DNA of 63,258 bases, counting the filler, from Nemertoderma westbladi (Eukaryota > Animalia > Xenacoelomorpha): the NCBI GenBank assembly GCA_032718475.1. It is 4 parts of 4 records of this genome, joined end to end, with 100 filler letters (N's around TTAATTAATTAA, not from the genome) between each part and the next. Parts side by side here need not be neighbours in the genome. Positions count along the whole stretch, not along the records: positions 50,320 to 59,293 come from JAUCBJ010006316.1; positions 59,394 to 63,258 come from JAUCBJ010002246.1; 2 more parts are not named here. The stretch is one strand, 5' to 3'. Positions 52,405-63,258 of the stretch are shown piece by piece. The notes beneath the pieces were generated by a model. That model was given only the letters and a program-made list of their open reading frames with translations. It was not told the DNA's origin and made no database searches. The position numbers and the translations under genes are program-made. Numbering within the stretch: the stretch's first letter is position 1; every line of letters begins with the position of its first letter.

Positions 52405-53519
52405 AGGCCTAATTAATTATGCCTGTATCGAATTGTTGGGGTAGATTGCGGTAGATCGTGGTCGTTTTGTGGTAGGTTGGGGTGATTAGTAGGGCCGGTA
52501 TCTGACACCTGACAGCCTGATTGCAGATTATGATTACTGGATTACTGATCATGACAGGACAGATTGACAGCATGACATACTGACATAGCAACAAGGAAGT
52601 CAGTCTGTCATTGAATGTGACACTGACAGACTGACCAGCAGACCAGGCACCCTTGCTGCTTGCTCCATGCACAAGATGACATGACAAGGCCACAATCAGA
52701 TGACCCAGCTGCCCAGTGACCAGCCACCAGCATCCATACACCATACAAAGTCTGATAGTGATCAGGTGATAGCTGATAGCTTTGTACAGTTGTAGCTGCA
52801 TAGGCATATTTCAGTATTTACTGTACTGCAGTACTGCCAGACTGCTGTACCAGTGTTGCAGTGTACGTAATTGCATGAATTGTAATACAGTACACAGGCT
52901 GACAGGTACAGCAGTAATAATAGGCCTAGTACTGTAGTATTTTGCGGTTTTTTTTCTGTTTGTGGTCTTTTGCGGTAGGGCCTAATTCTGTAATTCGTCT
53001 TGCAGGATAGGCCTACCCAACTGCCCAACCCATGCCTTTCCACTTTCTAATCTTTTGCGGTCTTTTGCAGTCAGGCAGTCTTTTGCTGTTTTTTGTGGTA
53101 TTTTGCGGTCTTTTCTGCTTTTTCTGTCTTTTGTTGTATTTTACGGTCTTTTGCGGTACTTTAGGCCTATTTATTTATTTATTTATTCATTATCTAAATT
53201 CAACATACTGACATAGGCCTAGTAGGCTACTTCTGTAGTAGGCCTAAAATATTAAATTTGAAATAACGGGAGAAGTTATTGGTTAGGCCCTATCAGGCAA
53301 TAATAAATGCACTTAAGATAACCTACCGTACAGCCGTACATAATATTCACCCCAATCTGCCAATCTGCCAATACAGCAATAATATACCGGTAGATTTGGA
53401 GTACATAGGGTCCTACTAATTACCCCAACCTACCCCAACCTACCATAATCTACCCCAACCTACCACAATCTACCCCAATCTACCACAATCTACCGCAATC
53501 TACCCCAACAATTCGATAG

Positions 53520-54520
53520 AGGCATCTAATTACCACAATATTATTTTACATTGGTATCTAATTACCACAATATACAGAACTCAAGTGTCTATTTACCACA
53601 AGACTACACTACACTGCAACTAATTACCACAATGTTATTTTACATTCTCATCTAATTACCACAATATACAGAACTCAAGTGTATATTTACCGCAAGACTA
53701 CACTGCATCTAATTACCACAATATTATTTTACATTGGCATCTAATTACCACAATATACAGAACTCAAGTGTCTATTTACCACAAGACTACACTGCATCTA
53801 ATTACCACAATATTATTTTACATTGGCATCTAATTACCACAATATACAGAATGCAAGTGTCTATTTACCACAAGACTACACTGCATCTAATTACCACAAT
53901 ATTATTTTACAATGGCATCTAATTACCACAATATTATTTTTTATTTTACATTGGCATCTAATTACCACAATATATAGAACGCAAGTGTCTATTTACCACA
54001 AGACTACACTGCATCTAATTACCACAATATTATTTTACAATGGCGTCTAATTACCACAACATATAGAACGCAAGTGTCTATTTACCACAAGACTACACTG
54101 CATCTAATTACCACAATATTATTTTACAATGGCGTCTAATTACCACAATATACAGAACTCAAGTGTCTATTTACCACAAGACTAAACTGCATCTAATTAC
54201 CACAATATTATTTTACAATGGCGTCTAATTACCACAATATACAGAACTAAAGTGTCTATTTACCACAAGACTACACTACACTGCAACTAATTACCACAAT
54301 ATTATTTTACAATGGCGTCTAATTACCACAATATACAGAACTCAAGTGTCTATTTACCACAAGACTACACTCCATCTAATTACCACAATATTATTTTACA
54401 ATGGCGTCTAATTACCACAATATACAGTACGGTAGTAGTTATTAATACTCAGTGTCTAATTACCACAAGACTTCACTAATGTCTAATTACCACAATATAT
54501 ACAGAACGCAAGTGTCTAAT
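53520..54520. repeat. Same satellite in inverted orientation (TCTAATTACCACAA core)
   Basis: Reverse complement of the flanking arrays. Confidence 0.95.
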
Positions 54521-54914
54521 CCCAACAGTATTATTTTTTAGGTTTGACAAATATATTGGAATGACAAATCTAAACGCTCAACCGAAGTACGGATTCATTG
54601 ATGTGTCTCGATTATTTGTACGATTATTTTCTGAATGGGCATTGATCAGTAAGCTGGGCAGGGCTTGTAAATATAATCCAAGGGCAAGGGTTCTGTTGTG
54701 CTCTGGGATATGTGGGCACAGTTTACTGTAGGATGACAATTGGTGGTGGAGAATGATATTTATATCATAAGCAACATTTACAGTAGCAAATATGTGGAAG
54801 AATTATTTCAATCCATCATTATTCGTGGAAGAGTTTCAGCGACAAGAGTCAAAATTATGTGAACCTCATACTGTACAAATTTCAACAGAATGGACGTGAT
54901 TAATTACATTAAAT

Positions 54915-55665
54915 CGAAGGTGGCCCCGCACCCGTCGCACCGACTCGGCAGTTCCGGATCGCCAGCGCATCCCGGAACTCCATGGGGGAGAGATCAAGTT
55001 GGTGTTCGGCTATTGGGAGGGAAGAAATCCACCCACTGGAGCGGAAGTTGGCAGAGCGCTCGACCGTCCGACGGCGGGCCTGTGGGAACTCGTCCAGCAC
55101 AGCCTCCAAACTGGCCTTCTCCCTTCCGAGCTGTTGGTCCCATCCTTCTTTCCGCGCTCGCTGTAAACAGTTATGGTGGTCTGTGAGCGAGAACTGCCAA
55201 TCTCCCAATAGCGACTGCGCGATAGTCCGGGTTCCAGCTCGCGATATGTCGAACGAGTGGACCGCCTCGGACACCGGGTTCCGCAGTCCGAGACCTGCAG
55301 TGCGAGGGGAGAGGCTGAACAGACAATGCTCGTTTGGGGAGATCGGGCCGCCAAACACTGCGGGAAGGAAACGCTCAGTCAGCGCGTCCTCCAGCACCTG
55401 GTACTCGTCGTCACAGTCTGGGGTTACGTGCTGGAGGTAGGCCCACTCCCATTGGAGGGAGCCGGCCATGGCAGCGTACGTGGCTTGGGGTTGGGCCCCG
55501 GCCATCTCGGAGAGACGATCAACCGATGCGACCCACGCAGCAACTTTGGCCTGAACGTAACCCAATCGCTCTGCAGTTCCACCAAGATACGGTGACCCGA
55601 TACTATGTTTATCTCCTGGCCAGCGAAAACTCTACGAGCCTCCTCCTCGTACTGTGGAGGTACGA
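54915..55665 (-). pseudogene. CRE-clade non-LTR retrotransposon fragment (post-RT region)
   Basis: QPQATYAAM..LQWEWAYLQH, LSPRTAGLGLRNP and SSGWISSLP..LDLSPMEFRDALAIR. GC-rich island. Confidence 0.75.
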
Positions 55666-55679
55666 TATATATATTGTAT

Positions 55680-56172
55680 ATATATTGTGGTAATTAGACA
55701 TTAGTGAAGTCTTGTGGTAATTAGACACTGAGTATTACTAACTACCGTACTGTATATTGTGGTAATTAGATGCCATTGTAGAATAATATTGTGGTAATTA
55801 GTTGCAGTGTAGTTTAGTCTTGTGGTAAATAGACACTTGAGTTCTGTATATTGTGGTAATTAGACGCCATTGTAAAATAATATTGTGGTAATTAGATGCA
55901 GTGTAGTCTTGTGGTAAATAGACACTTGCGTTCTGTATATTGTGGGTAATTAGATGCCAATGTAAAATAATATTGTGGTAATTAGATGAAGTGTAGTCTT
56001 GTGGTAAATAGACACTTGCGTTCTGTATATTGTGGTAATTAGACGCCATTGTAAAATAATATTGTGGTAATTAGATGCAGTGTAGTCTTGTGGTAAATAG
56101 ACACTTGCGTTCTGTATATTGTGGTAATTAGATGCCAATAATGTAAAATAATATTGTGGTAATTAGATGCAG
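55680..56172. repeat. Same satellite, original orientation
   Basis: 55680-55760 mirrors 54420-54500. Confidence 0.95.
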
Positions 56173-56673
56173 TGGTCAGTAATGGTTGACCGATGCGCCT
56201 GTAAATAGCCTCTCGTCAACAAGTCAACCCCACCGACTAGCGGTACTGGCTGTTTTTGCTGACGGGGCTCTGTCGAACAACGCGTCCCTGATAGCAGTAA
56301 AGGGGGTCTCTTTATTGAGAGGCAGTATTATTATTGCCGCGGAACTGCCCCAACTCATCACCTCTCCCACTCTCGCTCTCCGACGAAAATGAACATAAAA
56401 TCAACATACACCAACCCACTACCCTACCCCACACCGCGACACCCACCCACACCTACGATCTGAAAGATTGTACCCAATACAAAAAAAAACAGGATAAGTT
56501 GAATCATACAACTAAAGCGGTAAGCTTGCAAGACGAATGCATGATTTACTGAGAATATCGGTCATAATCTCACTTAATGGAATACTGTACATATTGTTCA
56601 AAACTTTTACTAAATTAATTGCAATGCTCACCTATCATTTCGCGAGTGTCAATACATACTCTTACATACTCAT

Positions 56674-58446
56674 TAGGGTGGCACTTATTTTTCGAATTTT
56701 GAAATTCCATCGGGACGCCCCCGCAACCGGTTCCAATGAGCATAAAAACAACGTGTGTAAAAGGATTTTGAAAAATATTAATATTTAGAGGTGCCGCAAC
56801 GAGGTCAAAGTTTGCTTATTTTTTGCAAAAATGGAAATCTATTTTTACTTATTTATAAATGTTCCAAGTGTGAAATTTACAGTTTTAGGCTTCAACATAT
56901 TCATATTTAATATATATTCATATATAACATATCTAAATAACATATTTTGACTAACATTTTTGAGTCTATAGGTCCCCCTCTTCCCGAGTATTAGCCCCTC
57001 AATGTTAGTTTGCAGAGGTCACGGTGGACTTGCGGGCGTCCGGAAACTTCCGGCGGTGCTCCTCGACAACCTGAAGCAGGTACTGCCTTTGTGACTCGTC
57101 CTTAGTCAGGCAGAGATTGAATTCCTGCATCATGGCGACCCCGCGCTCCGCAAAGTCGTTCACAACTTTGAGGCGGCGAACGCGGCGGGCGCCGGCCAGG
57201 TAGACCTCGTCGGTGTGCCAATCCGCGGGGTCGCTGTCGAGGAACTCGCTGTCGAGGCCCATGGCGCGGAAGAGCTTCTTCGACGAGCTTGTTACAAAGT
57301 CGGCGAGGGACTTCTTGCCAACTCCATCGCTCGTCATGTCGACGTTGATGCGCCGCGCGGGATCGTCGCTGCCCTCCTCCTCCAATGCCTTCACCATGGC
57401 TCGCTTCGTCGCCAGCGACGTGCCGTCGTCGAAGAAGGCGAGGGCGACGAGCGACTCGCTGACATACCAGAGGTGGCGGGCGAAGACCTTGGCCGTCGCC
57501 TTCGCCAAAGCCTTGGCGTGGAACGCCACGAGGCTCTTGGCGAATGCCAAGTCGTTCGCTGGAGCGGACGCTGCGAGCGGCGCGACGAACCACGCGGGGA
57601 TGTAGGCCAGCACCGCGAACACCACGAAGCGCCGCAGTCCGTTCAGCTCCTTGGCTGTCAGCTTAAACTGGGCCCGAAACAAGTAGATCTTGAGCCCGTA
57701 GATCACTTTGGCCATCCACCGCGCATGGTGGAGGGCACCGGGGCGCTGGAAGCGCACGCCTCGTTTCGGGACACCGCCGAGGACGATGACGGCCAGCTCA
57801 AGCAGCTCGCGATAATCGTCGCGTGGCTGGGCGTTGTCGAGGTGGCGGCGGAAGGTGGCAATCAGGTCGTCGCGGCTGTCCAAGAGCGCCGGGGGCGCTT
57901 CGTCGTCGGCGCCGACTGCATCCCACGCCGCGATGTTGACGAAGGCCCAGTTCTCCTTGAAGCGCTTGAAGAGGAGCACGTCCGGACCGGATGTCCCTCC
58001 CATGCACTCCTCGTAGGCCTTGGCGGCCACCAGCTCGTAGATGTGCTTTGAGCCGTGGATGTCTTCCTCGACATGCCCCAGGAGGTATACTGCGGTCTTT
58101 GACCGTGTACGAGTAGCACTAGCCATCTGTGGGTCAGGTGGGAAACGCGTTATAGGTCAACTTGTATATTTTAATGTGTACAAAATGTGTTATTTAGTTC
58201 AAATGTAAACATATTAAAGCCTAAAAGGATATATTTCACACGTGGAAAATTTATAAATAAGTAAAAATAGATTTCCATTTTTGCAAAAAATAAGCAAACT
58301 TTGACCTCGTTGCGGCACCTCTAAATATTAATATTTTTCAAAATCCTTTTACACACGTTGTTTTTATGCTCATTGGAACCGGTTGCGGGGGCGTCCCGAT
58401 GGAATTTCGAAAAAAACACAAAAAATGTCAAATAAGTGCCACCCTA
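56674..58446 (-). mobile_element. hAT-superfamily (hATm-like) DNA transposon with long TIRs and 8-bp TSD
   Basis: ATACTCAT|TAGGGTGGCACTTATTT ... AAATAAGTGCCACCCTA|ATACTCAT. Inverted identity extends over ~200 bp. Confidence 0.9.
57005..58126 (-). CDS. Internally deleted hAT-type transposase, 373 aa
   Basis: PRDDYRELLEL, PGALHHARWMAKVIYGLK, RHLWYVSE, LKVVNDFAERGV and LLQVVEEHRR. Confidence 0.85.
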   Translation of the reverse strand: MASATRTRSKTAVYLLGHVEEDIHGSKHIYELVAAKAYEECMGGTSGPDVLLFKRFKENWAFVNIAAWDAVGADDEAPPALLDSRDDLIATFRRHLDNAQPRDDYRELLELAVIVLGGVPKRGVRFQRPGALHHARWMAKVIYGLKIYLFRAQFKLTAKELNGLRRFVVFAVLAYIPAWFVAPLAASAPANDLAFAKSLVAFHAKALAKATAKVFARHLWYVSESLVALAFFDDGTSLATKRAMVKALEEEGSDDPARRINVDMTSDGVGKKSLADFVTSSSKKLFRAMGLDSEFLDSDPADWHTDEVYLAGARRVRRLKVVNDFAERGVAMMQEFNLCLTKDESQRQYLLQVVEEHRRKFPDARKSTVTSAN

Positions 58447-59293
58447 ATACTCATGCCATGTTAAAAATTAAGGTATAATTGGTACTGTACAAATCTGACA
58501 AATACTGGGATTGTAATTCATCTAGCATGATATAAACTAACGAACAAATTGGCAATTAATATGGCTGATATTTACTTCTTTTTCATGTATATTTTTCAGA
58601 AATATTTCAATTGCATTAATTTACAGATTTCCAGGCCCTTTCACCCCATTTTACCAAATTTTTTACTTTCAGGGATTTTCATTTCCATGCGGTATAGGGT
58701 TCCGCAACTTTTAGTGGCAACACTAGAGACATCTAACCCAGGGTAGGGTATTCCTTAAATACCCCCTGTAGGTGTTGGGCTGGGCACCTATGGGTAAGAT
58801 ACAGCATAGCGCACTACCCCAACTAACAAATTTCCAACTAAATCTTCCACTTTTTTTCTCTAAAACGCTCAAACTACCGTCCCAACTTCAGAAAAACAGA
58901 ATAAAATTGGATTAGTTAGTAATAAATACTATTACTATTTAATAAAGGTTCTATACCTATAATGATAACGCACAATATCTCTCCTAAATACACAACAAAA
59001 CAATCCATCTAAACACTATTCCCCTACCAATTAACAGATTACCAATACATCTCACTATACCACATCAAAAATCAATGTCACACCCACCACTGCCTTTTCA
59101 TTACATTTATAATGATATCAACAACACCCAAAGATACCCCATTTGCTATCATCTTATTGATAAAGCGCGATTTTATCTACCTCTGTTATAAGATAGAATT
59201 ATGGAGATAAATTTATACCCCTGTTATATTGAATATTCACCAAGAACAAACCAACAACATCTATGGGAAATTTTTTAAAACGAATAATCATGT

Positions 59294-59393
59294 NNNNNNN
59301 NNNNNNNNNNNNNNNNNNNNNNNNNNNNNNNNNNNNNTTAATTAATTAANNNNNNNNNNNNNNNNNNNNNNNNNNNNNNNNNNNNNNNNNNNN
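59294..59393. other. Artificial contig linker
   Basis: N-TTAATTAATTAA-N. Confidence 0.95.
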
Positions 59394-59429
59394 GACTGCT
59401 TACTATGTGAGATCATATATATTGAATCT

Positions 59430-59610
59430 ATAACTGAAACTTTAACTGAATTTTATCACGATCAAAACTGTAACTGAAACTGAAATGCTCAATTTTATAA
59501 TACTGAAACTGTAACTGTAACTGAAATGTTACACTTTGTAACACTGAAACTGTAACTGTAACTGAAATGCAAAACTTTGAATACTGAAACTGTAACTGTA
59601 ACTGAAATTA
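59430..59610. repeat. (AACTGA/AACTGT)n hexamer cluster
   Basis: Repeated AACTGTAACTGAAA motifs; possibly a MITE subterminal region. Confidence 0.6.
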
Positions 59611-59638
59611 GTCAAAATTGATTCAGTTCTCAACACTA

Positions 59639-61546
59639 ATACACAGTACGTGTACAATGTATGTATACACAGTACGTGTACAATGTATGTATACACAGTA
59701 CGTGTACAATGTATACACAGTACGTGTACAATATATGTATACACAGTACGTGTACAATGTATGTATACACAGTACGTGTACAATGTATGTATACACAGTA
59801 CGTGTACAATGTATACACAGTACGTGTACAATGTATGTATACACAGTGCGTGTACAATGTATACACAGTACGTGTACAATGTATGTATACACAGTACGTG
59901 TACAATGTATGTATACACAGTACGTGTACAATGTATACACAGTACGTGTACAATGTATACACAGTACGTGTACAATGTATACACAGTACGTGTACAATGT
60001 ATGTATACACAGTGCGTGTACAATGTATGTATACACAGTGCGTGTACAATGTATGTATACACAGTACGTGTACAATGTATACACAGTACGTGTACAATGT
60101 ATACACAGTACGTGTACAATGTATGTATACACAGTACATGTACAATGTATACACAGTACGTGTACAATGTATGTATACACAGTATGTGTACAATGTATGT
60201 ATACACAGTACGTGTACAATGTATGTATACACAGTACGTGTACAATGTATGTATACACAGTACGTGTACAATGTATGTATACACAGTACGTGTACAATGT
60301 ATGTATACACAGTACGTGTACAATGTATGTATACACAGTACGTGTACAATGTATGTATACACAGTACGTGTACAATGTATACACAGTACGTGTACAATGT
60401 ATGTATACACAGTACGTGTACAATGTATGTATACACAGTACGTGTACAATGTATACACAGTACGTGTACAATATATGTATACACAGTACGTGTACAATGT
60501 ATGTATACACAGTACGTGTACAATGTATACACAGTACGTGTACAATATATGTATACACAGTACGTGTACAATGTATGTATACACAGTACGTGTACAATAT
60601 ATGTATACACAGTACGTGTACAATGTATGTATACACAGTACGTGTACAATGTATGTATACACAGTATGTGTACAATGTATGTATACACAGTACGTGTACA
60701 ATGTATGTATACACAGTACGTGTACAATGTATGTATACACAGTACGTGTACAATGTATACACAGTACGTGTACAATGTATGTATACACAGTACGTGTACA
60801 ATGTATGTATACACAGTACGTGTACAATGTATGTATACACAGTACGTGTACAATGTATGTATACACAGTACGTGTACAATGTATGTATACACAGTACGTG
60901 TACAATGTATGTATACACAGTACGTGTACAATGTATGTATACACAGTACGTGTACAATGTATACACAGTACGTGTACAATATATGTATACACAGTACGTG
61001 TACAATGTATGTATACACAGTACGTGTACAATGTATGTATACACAGTACGTGTACAATGTATGTATACACAGTACGTGTACAATGTATGTATACACAGTA
61101 CGTGTACAATGTATGTATACACAGTACGTGTACAATGTATACACACACACAGTACGTGTACAATGTATGTATACACAGTACGTGTACAATGTATGTATAC
61201 ACAGTACGTGTACAATGTATACACAGTACGTGTACAATATATGTATACACAGTACGTGTACAATGTATGTATACACAGTACGTGTACAATGTATGTATAC
61301 ACAGTACGTGTACAATGTATACACAGTACGTGTACAATGTATGTATACACAGTGCGTGTACAATGTATACACAGTACGTGTACAATGTATGTATACACAG
61401 TACGTGTATAATGTATGTATACACAGTACGTGTACAATGTATACACAGTACGTGTACAATGTATGTATACACAGTACGTGTACAATGTATACACAGTACG
61501 TGTACAATGTATGTATACACAGTACGTGTACAATGTATGTATACAC
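59639..61546. repeat. 22/26-bp satellite GTATACACAGTACGTGTACAAT(GTAT)
   Basis: Tandem units with or without a 4-bp GTAT. Confidence 0.98.
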
Positions 61547-62156
61547 TACTACTAGGATCGGCATGCTGCATTGCAGCTGCATTTTTAAGAATGCTGTGCC
61601 GGCTTGTCAACAAAATTGCACCGCCACAACTCCCTATCACCCATGACATTTGCTAGATCATCCGCATCTTTAAGGCCAGTGTCCTTTAAGATGCGTCTCA
61701 AGAAAGTCATGGGCTGTCCACCATGCTTATTCACTCCATGAGGCTGCCAAAGTACAAGATTATGCACAGGCTGGTCCTCACGGCGAAAGCAATGTCCTGC
61801 AAAGCGGAGGCGATTTTGTTCTAGTGTCAAGCTTAGGGGAACCAATGAGACACCTCCAATGTTATATAGTGTCTGGTTGGAGATGTGTGCATTGTACTTG
61901 ACACAATGTACCCGGCGTAGCATTCTTGTGAATGTGCCATCCAGAGATTTGGTGTCCTCAGCAGTTAGAGCCCAGCATGGACTCCCGTAGAGGAGTACTG
62001 GAACTACTGCTGCTCTAAATAATCGGACCTTAAGTTTCCGATTAATTCTAGGTGACTTCCAAATCCTGGAAAGCCTATTCAAGGCTGCCCATGCCTTTCC
62101 CTTACGTATTCGAAGGTCCTCACCTGACTTCCGGATCCATGATCCCAGGTAACAGA
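61547..62156 (-). mobile_element. 5'-truncated RTE-clade LINE inserted in the satellite
   Basis: YLGSWI..RKGKAWAAL..IWKS..LLYGS..LRFAGHCFR, with a (TAG)n tail at 61547-61554. Confidence 0.9.
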
Positions 62157-63258
62157 TATGTATACACAGTACGTGTACAATGTATGTATACACAGTACGT
62201 GTACAATGTATGTATACACAGTGCGTGTACAATGTATACACAGTACGTGTACAATGTATGTATACACAGTACGTGTACAATGTATACACAGTACGTGTAC
62301 AATGTATGTATACACAGTACGTGTACAATGTATGTATACACAGTACGTGTACAATGTATACACAGTACGTGTACAATGTATGTATACACAGTACGTGTAC
62401 AATGTATGTATACACAGTACGTGTACAATGTATGTATACACAGTACGTGTAAAATGTATACACAGTACGTGTACAATGTATGTATACACAGTACGTGTAC
62501 AATGTATGTATACACAGTACGTGTACAATGTATACACAGTACGTGTACAATGTATGTATACACAGAACGTGTACAATGTATACACAGTACGTGTACAATA
62601 TATGTATACACAGTACGTGTACAATGTATACACAGTACGTGTACAATGTATGTATACACAGAACGTGTACAATGTATACACAGTACGTGTACAATATATG
62701 TATACACAGTACGTGTACAATGTATGTATACACAGAACGTGTACAATGTATGTATACACAGTACGTGTACAATGTATACACAGTACGTGTACAATGTATG
62801 TATACACAGTACGTGTACAATGTATACACAGTACGTGTACAATGTATACACAGTACGTGTACAATGTATGTATACACAGTACGTGTACAATGTATGTATA
62901 CACAGTACGTGTACAATGTATACACAGTACGTGTACAATGTATACACAATACGTGTACAAAGTATGTATACACAGTACGTGTACAATGTATGTATACACA
63001 GTACGTGCACAATGTATGTATACACAGTACGTGTACAATGTATACACAGTACGTGTACAATGTATACACAATACGTGTACAAAGTATGTATACACAGTAC
63101 GTGTACAATGTATGTATACACAGTACGTGTACAATGTATGTATACACAGTACGTGTACAATGTATACACAGTACGTGTACAATGTATGTATACACAGTAC
63201 GTGTACAATGTATGTATACACAGTACGTGTACAATGTATGTATACACAGTACGTGTAC
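62157..63258. repeat. 22/26-bp satellite, continued to the window end
   Basis: Same unit. Confidence 0.98.

Noticed and set aside
59529-63247. Long Cys/His/Tyr-rich ORFs
   Set aside because: Satellite translations open in all frames; only the RTE part is protein-derived.

Overview
Repeat-dense, AT-rich eukaryotic (most likely invertebrate animal) DNA. It consists of four contigs joined by artificial N-TTAATTAATTAA-N linkers (22823-22922, 50220-50319, 59294-59393). Most of the window is transposable elements: a CR1-group LINE, RTE, CRE, Penelope-like, Gypsy and BEL/Pao relics, SINEs, MITEs and a hAT. The rest is largely satellites. The only host gene is a V-type H+-ATPase V0 subunit a on the minus strand. 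Its long coding exon (35416-33996) is followed by an ~11 kb array of a 31-bp unit. That unit is the exon/intron junction itself (last 22 nt of exon plus GTAAGTAAG), giving ~350 tandem copies of a splice donor in a TTTAG|GTAAGT context. The next exon ([23 protein letters not shown]) lies at 49262-~49141, on the 'wrong' side of the first. It is preceded by the other end of the same array and is truncated by fusion to a BEL/Pao gag, so contig 2 is circularly permuted (tandem-duplication junction, circle or assembly artefact). A minimal hammerhead ribozyme motif sits in the inverted terminal repeats of a Penelope-like relic.
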